The notes: generated by a model not told the origin, from the sequence alone. DNA of 64,000 bases from Promethearchaeota archaeon (GCA_008080735.1 SHMW01000005.1:1-64000); one strand, 5' to 3'. Numbered from the stretch's first letter, positions 27,018-37,085 are shown. Numbers and translations: made by a program.

Positions 27018-27633
27018 TAAACAACAGAAATTGATACTAGATAATTTTAATAATATTAAGTCAGAAATATTGTCTGACAATAAGTTTAATAAAATTCGCG
27101 ATCATGTTAAAATTGATGATGTTATGAGTTATGTAGTGAATGCAGCACAGACTTTTGATAAAGAAAAAAGTGAAAATTTTGTTAAATATGCTAAAAGAAT
27201 ATGTATCTATAGAACGATAGACAATATTAGAAAGACTATGGAACGCAAACGAAGCATTATTGACAAGTATAACAAGAAGGTAAATCAAGCAGATGCTCTT
27301 GTCAAAGATGGGAAACTATTTGAAGCCAACCAAATTAAGCCTAGAGATGTCGTGAATCAAGATATAAACCAATTCAATCCAAGCGTTAGAGACAAAAACT
27401 TTGGTCTTGTCGAATGGGAAGATTCTAAATCATTTTTGTTAAAAGAAGCTAAAAAACAATTAAATGATATAGAATTTAAGATTTTAGTTGAACATTATTT
27501 GCCAAAAGCCGATGGTAAAGAGTACAAGACATTGACTAAAATAAGTGAAGAGGTTGAATTATCTTTAACATACATTAGTTATATATCTAAATCCGACAAA
27601 ATAAAGAGATTAATAAGAAAAATAATAAAATGA
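26998..27633 (+). CDS. phage sigma-70-family factor
   Basis: Region 2-like AAQTFDKEK..NFVKYA..I..RTIDNIRK; region 4 HTH KTLTKISEEVELSLTYIS. Confidence 0.75.
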   Translation: MPVLLDDKQQKLILDNFNNIKSEILSDNKFNKIRDHVKIDDVMSYVVNAAQTFDKEKSENFVKYAKRICIYRTIDNIRKTMERKRSIIDKYNKKVNQADALVKDGKLFEANQIKPRDVVNQDINQFNPSVRDKNFGLVEWEDSKSFLLKEAKKQLNDIEFKILVEHYLPKADGKEYKTLTKISEEVELSLTYISYISKSDKIKRLIRKIIK

Positions 27634-28352
27634 ACGAAGAGTTTGATAAATTAAAAAGCATATTGTATAAACCCTTTTACGTCGAAGGTTTGTCAGATAA
27701 TAATAAAAAATCTTTAGTTATGCCTGTGTCATTGGAAATAAACTCAAAATATTCCAAACAAGGCAATAGCGACCGAATGTCTGTTGTTATATTGGATATG
27801 AAAAAAACCAACCAATTAATATATCCATATATACAGACGGTAGATATAGAAGATACTGACAAATTTATTAAACAGTTGATACCTATCCATGTATATGCTT
27901 CTTTACAAAGGGAGGTTATGGCATGTATAGACATACTATGTAAGTATTTAGAAGAAATTAACACTCAAGTTGATTATTATTCATCTGCACTAAATGCGTT
28001 AATGTCAATACAGGATTCTGCAATTGGTACAAACGGCGTTATCTTTAATTCTGATGATAAAGAAATGGTACACTTAGCATACAAGTGTATTAATCCAGAT
28101 TTTGGAAAACAATTAAACAATAGTCAAATAGAGATTATTGGATCTAAAATTAATGAGATAATAAACAACTATTTGGTTGATTCTGATGTCAATCCAGACG
28201 ATATAATGGATGATATACGGTTGAATATTGCAGACGTTTTTCCAGATGGTTTTAAGATAGATAAACTTGTAATTAACCCCGATCCTATTATGGCAGAACT
28301 TAACAACAGAAAAGAAAGAAATGATGGAGATTTTTTAAATGGCGAATCTTAA
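27630..28352 (+). CDS. hypothetical protein
   Basis: ORF with ATGA overlap. Confidence 0.6.
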   Translation: MNEEFDKLKSILYKPFYVEGLSDNNKKSLVMPVSLEINSKYSKQGNSDRMSVVILDMKKTNQLIYPYIQTVDIEDTDKFIKQLIPIHVYASLQREVMACIDILCKYLEEINTQVDYYSSALNALMSIQDSAIGTNGVIFNSDDKEMVHLAYKCINPDFGKQLNNSQIEIIGSKINEIINNYLVDSDVNPDDIMDDIRLNIADVFPDGFKIDKLVINPDPIMAELNNRKERNDGDFLNGES

Positions 28353-28749
28353 TAAAGTATATTTAGCTGGAAATTTAACAAAAGATCCCAAGATTCTTGA
28401 AGTACCAAACAGTGGATCAATGGCAATTTTTAGATTAGCTGTAAATAGGTTTTTTAAGAAAAGTGATGGAGAATTTGCTAAAGATACAGCTTTTGTTGAT
28501 TGTATTGCATTTGGAAGAATTGCAAGAACGGTTGATGAATTTTGTAAGAAAGGAACTGGTGTATTGATTGAGGGAGAATTGAGAAACTATAAAGAATCAA
28601 TAAATATCAATGTGATTAAACTTGGGTTTACTACTATACCACGTTCTTCTAATAATAAAGATAGAGAAGATTACAATACAGACTCGGAAACAGAAGATAC
28701 TAGTAATAACAATGAATCTATGTTGAATGACGAAGATATCCCCTTTTAA
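28339..28749 (+). CDS. ssb: single-stranded DNA-binding protein
   Basis: NKVYLAGNLTKDP, FRLAVNR, IEGEL, acidic tail ending DEDIPF. Confidence 0.93.
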   Translation: MANLNKVYLAGNLTKDPKILEVPNSGSMAIFRLAVNRFFKKSDGEFAKDTAFVDCIAFGRIARTVDEFCKKGTGVLIEGELRNYKESININVIKLGFTTIPRSSNNKDREDYNTDSETEDTSNNNESMLNDEDIPF

Positions 28750-28760
28750 GGAGCAACCAA

Positions 28761-28961
28761 ATGGATCTTACAGTAGGACGTAGAGTTTCGCCTAGAACAA
28801 AGAGCTATAACGCTTATAAAGTTTCATACAGACGAGACGGAAAGAACTATGCATCTTTTACTTGGACAAAACCAGAAGCTGAAGACTTGGCTTACGACTT
28901 AAAACACATCAGCCGCCGGAAGGTTTTAGGAATTTCTCCAGTTACTTTACGAGAAGTCTAA
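28761..28961 (+). CDS. small basic hypothetical protein
   Basis: AGGAG RBS. Confidence 0.65.
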   Translation: MDLTVGRRVSPRTKSYNAYKVSYRRDGKNYASFTWTKPEAEDLAYDLKHISRRKVLGISPVTLREV

Positions 28962-29021
28962 CTCCGGATAGATCGTGTGTTTTCGTGTCAACCCCCACTT
29001 TCTTATAACGATCACAACCGG

Positions 29022-29055
29022 AACCCGCCTGAATTTAAAAGTTCTGGCGGGTTTT
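29022..29055 (+). terminator. Rho-independent terminator
   Basis: aacccgcc..ggcgggtt followed by T run. Confidence 0.75.
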
Positions 29056-29075
29056 ACCATTAAAAGGGTTTAAAC

Positions 29076-29891
29076 ATGAAACCTAAAATTGGATTGTACG
29101 ACACAGCATTTTTTAATGACAAAACATCAAGTAAATATTATAATGACATTCCTTTTGAATGGAACAGATATACACCAGCAGAATGTAATATTGTAGTATT
29201 TACAGATCAATGTCTTCCTATGGTTAATTTTGCATCGCAAATAAGTCATATAAAAATTGCTTGGCTTGTTGAACCAAGATCAATTAATCCAAATTGGTAT
29301 GATTTTATAAATAATAATTATAATAATTATGATTATATTATAACTCACGATAAGGAAGTTGGAAAACTTCCAAATGCTGTTATAGTGCCATTCGGCGGAA
29401 CATGGATTTGTCCAACAAGATGGAAAATATACAATAAATCAAAAGACTTTTCAATCATAGCTTCTAAGAAAAATTTTACAATAGGTCATAATTTAAGACA
29501 TAGAATTATAAATAAATATCATGACAAAATTGACACTTTTGGATATGGATACAATCCTCTAAATGAAAAAATATATGGTATGAAAGATTATTACTGTTCG
29601 TTTGCTATAGAAAACGCATCAATTCCTGGTTACTTTACAGAGAAAATTATAGATTGTTTCTTAACCGGCTGCATACCTATATATTATGGTGATCCTGATA
29701 TTTCAGATCATTTTGATACTAATGGTATTATTATGATTAATAACGATGATATAGATGAAGTATTTAATATTAAACCAAAGGATTTTTATAATGATAGAAT
29801 AAAAAGTATAAAACATAATTTTGAAGCTGCTAAAAAATATGCAGCATGTGAACTCAATATTTGGAAATCTCTTCTGTCTAAAATTGTATAG
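29076..29891 (+). CDS. glycosyltransferase family 10 (fucosyltransferase-like)
   Basis: FAIEN..GYFTEKIIDCFLTGCIPIYYG. Confidence 0.8.
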   Translation: MKPKIGLYDTAFFNDKTSSKYYNDIPFEWNRYTPAECNIVVFTDQCLPMVNFASQISHIKIAWLVEPRSINPNWYDFINNNYNNYDYIITHDKEVGKLPNAVIVPFGGTWICPTRWKIYNKSKDFSIIASKKNFTIGHNLRHRIINKYHDKIDTFGYGYNPLNEKIYGMKDYYCSFAIENASIPGYFTEKIIDCFLTGCIPIYYGDPDISDHFDTNGIIMINNDDIDEVFNIKPKDFYNDRIKSIKHNFEAAKKYAACELNIWKSLLSKIV

Positions 29892-29897
29892 TTAGTT

Positions 29898-30308
29898 GTG
29901 GATGTAAATAGTTATTATTGGTATATATCGAATAATATATTGAAATGTTTCGGATTTTTGACCAACTATCTCAAAAATGACGAACAAGAAATAATTGATA
30001 GTATCAAATCTTCAATAACCAAAATAAAAGACCAACTAAAGCAAGAACACAGACAGGATAGTTTTGACAAAATACCAAAAAGCCACGAATATATTTATGA
30101 TTATTTTGAAGGATTGTCAAAATCCAACACTATGAAATTTGCCGCTGCATCGTTATCATTTTTAAAGATTAATGAATTTGAAAGTAACTTGGAACTTAAC
30201 GACATATTAAAGACATGTAATAAAGAGAAGCAAAATGAAATCGTGTTTATATATAACCAAACTGCTGATATTATTACTTATATTTTTAACGACGCTGGGT
30301 TGTCTTGA
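29898..30308 (+). CDS. hypothetical protein
   Basis: ORF. Confidence 0.5.
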   Translation: MDVNSYYWYISNNILKCFGFLTNYLKNDEQEIIDSIKSSITKIKDQLKQEHRQDSFDKIPKSHEYIYDYFEGLSKSNTMKFAAASLSFLKINEFESNLELNDILKTCNKEKQNEIVFIYNQTADIITYIFNDAGLS

Positions 30309-30951
30309 AGATATTAAGACTACCGGCGGTTCGATGGCTGTTGAAAAAAGAAGTACCAAACCGGTTATTGATGAAAAAGGTGAAATAGCTCGTGATCAAG
30401 ATGGGAAACCATTGGTTGAAGAAAGCTATGTCAGAATAGAAGGTATTCAACCAGAAAATCCACAAGAACCAACCAAGATAAAATTTGAAGAACAAGATGG
30501 ATCGGTGTTAATCGATTTACCATCTTCTAATTCACCATCTCCACCTACTCCTTCTGAAAAAAGCTTGGGGTATTTAACTATTGTTGGTGGTATTGCAACA
30601 ATTGTTGGCATTGGTTTGGCTGTTGGTTTTATTGGTACTAGATGGGGTTTGCAGCTTGGTGGTGGCGTTGCTATTGGTGGTGTTATATTAATGGGTATAT
30701 CGGCTGGTATATCAAAAGCAATGATGCCTATTGGAATAGCTGTTGCTGGATTGATTGTTGCTTTAACAGCTATACTAGCAGTTACTTGGTTTAAATGGTA
30801 TAAAGATAAAAAGGCTAGAGTTCAAACCGAACGTGGTATTGATGAATTTAGATACAAATTCCCTGATCTTTGGACTAAACTAAAAGATGAGTTAGAGAAA
30901 GAGCAGGATGATGATGTCAAAAGGCTTATAAAACACCATAAACGTGAATGA
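30235..30951 (+). CDS. membrane protein (lipobox-like signal, three Gly-rich TM helices)
   Basis: LLLIFLTTLGC and Gly-rich hydrophobic helices. Confidence 0.6.
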   Translation: MKSCLYITKLLILLLIFLTTLGCLEDIKTTGGSMAVEKRSTKPVIDEKGEIARDQDGKPLVEESYVRIEGIQPENPQEPTKIKFEEQDGSVLIDLPSSNSPSPPTPSEKSLGYLTIVGGIATIVGIGLAVGFIGTRWGLQLGGGVAIGGVILMGISAGISKAMMPIGIAVAGLIVALTAILAVTWFKWYKDKKARVQTERGIDEFRYKFPDLWTKLKDELEKEQDDDVKRLIKHHKRE

Positions 30952-31463
30952 ATAGTTGTTTAATTGTATTTAATCCTATATTAGAATCTATAAACAAGAA
31001 AGCTTGCTTTTATGCAATTAACAGCAATAAAATTCTTGGTAATATTTTTGTAGAAACAAAAAAGCACACAAATGTCATTATTATAAATGACTTACATTCA
31101 AAATATGATAATGAACTAAAGTTTCTACCACCACATAGATTAAAACACACAACGAATAGTTTGCCTATAACATGGTTTCAAGACAGAACTAAAAATATAA
31201 TAGCCAAATTTAACAAGAACCAAATGAGTGCTATACAATCAATTCCACAACTCTTACCCACGCTGCGGTCTATCAAGACCGAAAGCGTTTTTTTATCAGG
31301 ATTTAATATGTCTACCGATATTCTGCCAACAGCGATAGATTTTTTGCAGAATGGATTTATTCCAATTATTAATACTGATCTAATTTCAGATTTTGACGAT
31401 AGTATAATCGACATAACTGTTCAATACTTGAGATTTATAGGATGCAAAGTAATCAATCGTTAG
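30948..31463 (+). CDS. isochorismatase/nicotinamidase-fold protein, degenerate active site
   Basis: CLIVFN, NDLH, PPH, K..MSA, LSGFNMSTDILPTAID..NGF; catalytic Asp and Cys absent. Confidence 0.55.
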   Translation: MNSCLIVFNPILESINKKACFYAINSNKILGNIFVETKKHTNVIIINDLHSKYDNELKFLPPHRLKHTTNSLPITWFQDRTKNIIAKFNKNQMSAIQSIPQLLPTLRSIKTESVFLSGFNMSTDILPTAIDFLQNGFIPIINTDLISDFDDSIIDITVQYLRFIGCKVINR

Positions 31464-32260
31464 ACGTAACGTTAATTGTATTTTCAAAAGATCGTCCAAT
31501 GCAATTAACAGCATATTTGGAATCTTTATTATATTATACAACGATCCAACATGATCAGATATATGTAATATGCACTAAAACAGACGAGTATCAAAGTTGT
31601 TTGGAATTAGACTTTACAGATGTTAACTTTGTATATGAAGAAGATTATGGTAGTTTTTCCAATGCACTTAATTCAGTTGTAGGATTGGCAAATGATCTTA
31701 TATGGTTTGCTGTTGATGATTTTGTATGGTTCAATAGTTTTGGCACATATTGTATAAACATTCTTAACGCTGAAAACGATGCTGTTGGATTTAGCTTAAG
31801 GCTAGGTACTTCAATAACTGATTATGACGATAGTTGGAATGTATCATTAAACCCTAGGATTGTTAAGATGAATTGGCTTAATAAACCACGTCATTTTGGC
31901 TATCCGTTTGAACTATCTCAAAGTGTATATAGAAAAGATCTTGTTACTGAAATTATTGATAAGTTTAAGAATAGAATAAGAATACCAAATGATTTAGAGG
32001 CTATTGGAGTGTCTTATGTCATTGAAAATTATAGAAATCGTCCATATCTATTATTCATGAACGAACCTCCCCTTGGTGCTTGTGTAGACATCAACAGAAC
32101 GCAGGATTTATATCAAAATAGGGTTCAAGGTGGCGAAGATTTAAATATAGAATCGTTACTACAATTGTATAATAACGGAAAACGTATTGATTGGCGAAAT
32201 TACAGCGGTTTAGTTGCTCCAGATTGTTTTATTGGAACTGATAAGCTTAAAATTAAGTAG
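31442..32260 (+). CDS. glycosyltransferase (GT-A fold)
   Basis: IVFSKDRPMQL..LES, FAVDD. Confidence 0.65.
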   Translation: MQSNQSLDVTLIVFSKDRPMQLTAYLESLLYYTTIQHDQIYVICTKTDEYQSCLELDFTDVNFVYEEDYGSFSNALNSVVGLANDLIWFAVDDFVWFNSFGTYCINILNAENDAVGFSLRLGTSITDYDDSWNVSLNPRIVKMNWLNKPRHFGYPFELSQSVYRKDLVTEIIDKFKNRIRIPNDLEAIGVSYVIENYRNRPYLLFMNEPPLGACVDINRTQDLYQNRVQGGEDLNIESLLQLYNNGKRIDWRNYSGLVAPDCFIGTDKLKIK

Positions 32261-32264
32261 TTTT

Positions 32265-32337
32265 AACGATGTAGATCAACTGGCAGATCACTTGGCTTTG
32301 AACCAAGAGGTTGCAGGTTCGAATCCTGCCATCGTTG
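32265..32337 (+). tRNA. tRNA-Gln(UUG)
   Basis: AACGATG/CATCGTT acceptor; GATC D-stem; CTTGG-CTTTGAA-CCAAG; GCAGG-TTCGAAT-CCTGC. Confidence 0.93.
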
Positions 32338-32363
32338 GTTAAATATATGGAGATAATACATTA

Positions 32364-35153
32364 ATGTACACGTATGATGAAGCATTAAAAAAAAGTACAG
32401 AATATTTTAATGGTGATGAATTAGCCGCTTCTGTTTGGCTTGGTAAATATGCGTTGCAAGATAACGATGGCAATTTATTAGAAAATTCTCCTGACCAAAT
32501 GCACAGACGTTTGGCCAAGGAATTTGCACGTATCGAAAAAAACAAGTTTAAACAACCTTTGAATGAAGATGATATATACAAACTGTTTGATAAATTTAAA
32601 TATATTATTCCGCAAGGTAGTGCGATGTATGGTATTGGTAATGACTTTCAGTTTATCAGCTTGTCTAATTGTTATTTATTAGAAGCACCATTGGATTCGT
32701 ATAACTCAATTATTTTGACAGACCAACAATTAGTTAATATCAGCAAACGTCGTGGCGGATGTGGTATCGATATATCCAACCTACGTCCTAATGGAACGCC
32801 AACGAAAAACGCAGCACGTACGTCTACTGGAATAATTCCATTTATGGATAGATATTCTAATAGTACGCGAGAAGTTGGTCAAGCTAACCGTCGTGGTGCT
32901 TTGATGCTAACGTTATCGGTACATCATCCAGAAATTGAAGACTTTGCAACAATTAAAAATAACGACACAAAAGTGACTGGTGCTAATATTTCTGTTCGTC
33001 TTAGTAAAGAATTTATTGATGCTGTAAGAAATGATGAAGAATACGAACAACGATGGCCAATTGACGCTAAAAATCCAGTCGTTTCACGAATGGTATCTGC
33101 ACAAAAGGTTTGGCAAACAATTGTACATTCGGCGTGGACACGTGCAGAGCCAGGGTTGTTAATGTGGGATAACGTTACCAAAAACACCCCAGCAGATTAT
33201 TATCCAGAATATCAGAGTAAAGGTGTTAACCCTTGTCAACCAGCATGGGCCGAGGTATTAACTCCAGATGGTATAAAGACTATTGGCGATTTAGAAATAG
33301 GAGATTCCATCCTTTCTAAAGAAGGTTGGACAACTGTTATAAATAAGTGGTCTAGTGGTATACAAGATGTATATAAGTTTTACACTACACATGGAACATT
33401 TGCTGGAACAAAACAACATAAAATATTTTCTAATGGTAAAAAAATAGCTGTAGAAGATGCACTTGGTATCGATAGTCCATACTTATCTAATTCTAAGATA
33501 TTAAAAACAGAGTTTATTTCATCTGAAGAAGTATTTGATATAACAGTAGATAATAAAAGCAATAGTTATTGGTCTGGTGGTTTGGATGTTTCAAATTGTT
33601 CTGAAATTAATCTAAGTGAATTAGATAGTTGTAGATTACTGGTATTAAATGTTTTGTCATTTGTCAATGATCCATTTACACCAAATTCTACATTTGATTT
33701 TGATAAATTCAGACAATATGCAAAGATTGCTCAACGTCTGATGGACGATATGGTAGATCTTGAATCTGAAAAAATTTCTCGTATTATTGAAAAGATTGAA
33801 TCAGATCCAGAACCACACGAGATGAAACAGTATGAATTAAACATGTGGACGAAAATTAAGAGGTTAAACGACGAAGGTCGCAGAACAGGCACTGGGGTAA
33901 CTGCGATTGGAGACGCTTTGGCCGCTCTAAATATCCAATATGGGTCTGATAAAAGTATTGATATGGTCGAGCAAATTTATCGAACACTTAAGCTTGGTTG
34001 TTACGAATCTTCAGTCGAGATGGCAGAAGAAATAGGTTCGTTTAAATGTTTTGATCACAATTTAGAAAAAGATTGTCCGTTTATTCTTAGAATAAAAGAA
34101 GAAGAGCCAGATCTATACGATAGAATGGCAAAAAGTGGTCGCAGAAACATTGCACTAACTACAACCGCACCAACAGGATCCGTATCTATTTTAACACAAA
34201 CAAGCTCAGGTATTGAACCTGTTTTTCGTTTGTCTTATACAAGACGTAAGAAAATACATGATGATGTCAATAGCAGAGTAGATTTTATAGATGATGTTGG
34301 TGACAAATGGCAAGAATTTACGGTTTATCATCCGTCTGTTCTAAAATGGATGGATGTAACAGGAGAAACAGACGAAACCAAAAGCCCTTGGTTTGGATCG
34401 TGCTCGCCAGATATTAACTGGATTAACAGGGTTAAAATGCAAGCGGCTGCACAGCGACATGTTTGCCACGGTATATCATCAACAATTAACCTGCCAAATG
34501 ATGCAACAGAAGAAACAGTCAACAAGATTTATCTTGAAGCTTTTGCGAGTGGATGCAAGGGAATTACTGTTTATAGAGATGGCTGTAGATCTGGTGTATT
34601 GGTTGAAAACCCAAAGAAAACTACTATTATTGAAACAGCCGCACCGAAACGACCTAAAAAACTACCGTGCGATGTTTACCATTGTACCAACAAAGGTGAT
34701 AGATATTATGTTGTTGTTGGAAAGTTTGACGGATTGCCATATGAAGTGTTCACTGGCAAGAATGACGACGGCGAAGGTGATACAGTTATTCCCAAGGCTA
34801 TTAAAGTTGGCGAATTAGTAAAAAAATCGCGTGGTCATTATGTTCTTACAAATGACGAACGTGATTATAGTTGCAAACTAACAAATGGTCATAGTGACGA
34901 TGCAGTTGATGCATTAACACGAATGATTTCTACATCTTTGCGTCATGGAGTACCTATCAGTTTTATAGTGGAACAATTGGAAAAGACAAAGGGAGATTTA
35001 CAATCGTTCTCAAAAGTTTTGGCTCGTACTTTGAAACGATATATTCCAGACGGAACGATTAGTACTGAAGATTGCCCAGAGTGTGGTGAGCAATTGGTAA
35101 GAAAAGAAGGTTGTTTGTCGTGCAATAGTTGCGGATGGTCCAAGTGTTGTTAA
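32364..35153 (+). CDS. nrdJ: class II (adenosylcobalamin-dependent) ribonucleotide reductase with intein
   Basis: SLSNC, RRGALM, AEPG, NP[intein]CSE, APTG, GITVYRDG, C-terminal TSCPD-like and Zn ribbon domains. Confidence 0.92.
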   Translation: MYTYDEALKKSTEYFNGDELAASVWLGKYALQDNDGNLLENSPDQMHRRLAKEFARIEKNKFKQPLNEDDIYKLFDKFKYIIPQGSAMYGIGNDFQFISLSNCYLLEAPLDSYNSIILTDQQLVNISKRRGGCGIDISNLRPNGTPTKNAARTSTGIIPFMDRYSNSTREVGQANRRGALMLTLSVHHPEIEDFATIKNNDTKVTGANISVRLSKEFIDAVRNDEEYEQRWPIDAKNPVVSRMVSAQKVWQTIVHSAWTRAEPGLLMWDNVTKNTPADYYPEYQSKGVNPCQPAWAEVLTPDGIKTIGDLEIGDSILSKEGWTTVINKWSSGIQDVYKFYTTHGTFAGTKQHKIFSNGKKIAVEDALGIDSPYLSNSKILKTEFISSEEVFDITVDNKSNSYWSGGLDVSNCSEINLSELDSCRLLVLNVLSFVNDPFTPNSTFDFDKFRQYAKIAQRLMDDMVDLESEKISRIIEKIESDPEPHEMKQYELNMWTKIKRLNDEGRRTGTGVTAIGDALAALNIQYGSDKSIDMVEQIYRTLKLGCYESSVEMAEEIGSFKCFDHNLEKDCPFILRIKEEEPDLYDRMAKSGRRNIALTTTAPTGSVSILTQTSSGIEPVFRLSYTRRKKIHDDVNSRVDFIDDVGDKWQEFTVYHPSVLKWMDVTGETDETKSPWFGSCSPDINWINRVKMQAAAQRHVCHGISSTINLPNDATEETVNKIYLEAFASGCKGITVYRDGCRSGVLVENPKKTTIIETAAPKRPKKLPCDVYHCTNKGDRYYVVVGKFDGLPYEVFTGKNDDGEGDTVIPKAIKVGELVKKSRGHYVLTNDERDYSCKLTNGHSDDAVDALTRMISTSLRHGVPISFIVEQLEKTKGDLQSFSKVLARTLKRYIPDGTISTEDCPECGEQLVRKEGCLSCNSCGWSKCC
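33234..33596 (+). mobile_element. mini-intein (121 aa, no homing endonuclease) at the RNR thiyl-radical cysteine
   Basis: Starts CQPAWAEVLTPDG; block B GTKQHKIF; block F VFDITV; ends VSN followed by Cys+1 of NPCSE. Confidence 0.9.
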
Positions 35154-35176
35154 TATAAATCAAAATTGTAATTGAG

Positions 35177-35386
35177 ATGAATAGAATTTCTACTGATAAT
35201 TATACTATATTTTCTATTAAGATTGTTTATGACGATAATACACGTAAATATTTGGAGCATAACAATTTGGAAGAATTACTAGATGATTTTAAAGGAAAAT
35301 TTAAATATTTAGAACGTGCTAAATTAATAAGTATGACAGTTTATAAGAATCCAGAAGACTACAGGGCTGATCGAGGATTTGAATAA
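35177..35386 (+). CDS. hypothetical protein
   Basis: ORF. Confidence 0.5.
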   Translation: MNRISTDNYTIFSIKIVYDDNTRKYLEHNNLEELLDDFKGKFKYLERAKLISMTVYKNPEDYRADRGFE

Positions 35387-35553
35387 TGTATATTTTTATA
35401 CCCAAATGGGTTATAATGTTATCTTTAGGAATAATAGTTATATTACCAATAATAACATTGTTAATATATTGTACATATTGGTCTATAGAATTTATTATTA
35501 GAATTTTTCGAGTATATATACTTTTGATTGATTTTATAAAAAATAGAAATTAA
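35386..35553 (+). CDS. small membrane protein (55 aa)
   Basis: MYIFIPKWVIMLSLGIIVILPIITLLIY... read from sequence; TAATG overlap. Confidence 0.4.
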   Translation: MYIFIPKWVIMLSLGIIVILPIITLLIYCTYWSIEFIIRIFRVYILLIDFIKNRN

Positions 35554-35567
35554 AAGATTGTTATGAT

Positions 35568-36179
35568 ATGAATGTTAATAATATTAAAGTTTTACTAGCA
35601 TGTGAAGAGAGTGGAGAGTGTCGTCGTGCTTTTCGTAAAATAGGATTTGATGCTTGGTCATGCGATATAATACCAGCTTCGGATAATAGTGATTATCACA
35701 TACAAGATGATATTTTCAACGTATTAAATAATAAACAAGAATGGCATTGTATGATAGCATTTTGGCCATGCACTAGATTATGTAATAGTGGTGTTAGATG
35801 GTTGCATGAAAGAAATTTGTGGACAGAAATGGAGCAATCTGCGTTAAAATTTAAGTACCTTTTAGAATTTAACAATATTCCATTAAGAGGTATGGAAAAC
35901 CCAATACCACATAAATATGCTTTAGATATTATTGGTAGTAAATACGATCAAATTATACACCCATGGCAATTTGGACATGGAGAAACTAAGTCTACATGTT
36001 TATGGCTACGTGGTTTACCTAAATTAACTCCTACAAATATTACTAACGATAGACAGCATCGTATTCATAGATTGCCACCAAGTTCAGATAGAAGCAAGAT
36101 TAGATCTAGGACATATCCAGGAATAGCAAAAGCTATGGCCGATCAATGGGGTAAAGCTATAGTAGAAAGGTATAGATAA
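35568..36179 (+). CDS. phage DNA cytosine methyltransferase-like protein
   Basis: VLLACEESG, WSCDI, PCT (catalytic PC), ENP, HPWQFG, RS.TYPGIA.AMA.QW. Confidence 0.75.
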   Translation: MNVNNIKVLLACEESGECRRAFRKIGFDAWSCDIIPASDNSDYHIQDDIFNVLNNKQEWHCMIAFWPCTRLCNSGVRWLHERNLWTEMEQSALKFKYLLEFNNIPLRGMENPIPHKYALDIIGSKYDQIIHPWQFGHGETKSTCLWLRGLPKLTPTNITNDRQHRIHRLPPSSDRSKIRSRTYPGIAKAMADQWGKAIVERYR

Positions 36180-36926
36180 ATGAGAATTACCAACCATATC
36201 AATAAAACATTTGGCATTTTAGGACTTCCAAACAGTGGTACTTCAATAGTTTGTAATATTTTTAATTCATTTGAAAATGGATTTTGTATATCAGAACCTT
36301 TAAGATCGTTAGATTCATCTTTATGTCATTTAAGGTTTGATAAATTAACAGGAAGTATTCCTCCTGTTTATAGCAGTATTATCCCCACGATTAACAAACT
36401 TGTAAAACATAGTAAAAAGTTTAAAATTGGTGGACTTAAAGAAACTTTACAATTAAATAACTGTAAATATAGTAATGAATTGATTCATAACAGGCTAATT
36501 GATATAATAATTTTTGTTTTTAGAGATCCTCTATATCATTTTAACTCTATTTGCAAACAAGACGTTGCAAACAAACCAACAATTCGCGATTATAACAAAG
36601 AATATATAAGACTAATTGAGCAATATGATAAATCTCGTGCTATAAAACCAACATATTTTTTAAAATATGAAGAATTGTGTGAGAAAAAAGAACGATATTT
36701 TTGTGAATTTTGTGGAGATATGAAGATGGAATATGACGATTTTACTATAAAACCAACTAATTATGAGATGGGGCATAAGATTGCAAACAAAAGTATCGAA
36801 ATTAAATATTCAAACAATGACGTGAGTTATATAACAGAACAGGATAAAGATGGGTTGTTATATGACTTAGGTTGTTATTATCATAATGATTTGTACAATC
36901 ATAAGTCGTATATACCATTTGGATAA
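36180..36926 (+). CDS. sulfotransferase-family protein
   Basis: GLPNSGTS (PAPS loop), VFRDP, KYEEL. Confidence 0.7.
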   Translation: MRITNHINKTFGILGLPNSGTSIVCNIFNSFENGFCISEPLRSLDSSLCHLRFDKLTGSIPPVYSSIIPTINKLVKHSKKFKIGGLKETLQLNNCKYSNELIHNRLIDIIIFVFRDPLYHFNSICKQDVANKPTIRDYNKEYIRLIEQYDKSRAIKPTYFLKYEELCEKKERYFCEFCGDMKMEYDDFTIKPTNYEMGHKIANKSIEIKYSNNDVSYITEQDKDGLLYDLGCYYHNDLYNHKSYIPFG

Positions 36927-36953
36927 ATAGATATTTATTGAGAGAAATAAATA

Positions 36954-37085
36954 ATGTCTATAGAAACTAAACCAAGATCATTCAAAACAGAGGTATCCCA
37001 CACTGCATTGGCTGACGCCGAAGTTGTGATTCGACTCATCAGACACGCTATGAGAAGGCAAGCCGTAATCATGGAGCAAGACTAA
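36954..37085 (+). pseudogene. remnant duplicating the 3' end of the exonuclease gene at 37611..38198
   Basis: EVSHTALADAEVVIRLIRHAMRRQ vs EVSHTALADARVVVQLIRHAMRKQ. Confidence 0.7.
36990..37061 (+). repeat. 72-bp imperfect direct repeat, copy 1
   Basis: Matches 38118..38189 (cacactgcattggctgacgcc ... atcagacacgctatgagaa). Confidence 0.9.

Noticed and set aside
14426-28749. Host assignment to PVC-group bacteria from the look of the SSB and GluRS sequences
   Set aside because: Only an impression from short motifs; it needs phylogeny or CRISPR-spacer matching.
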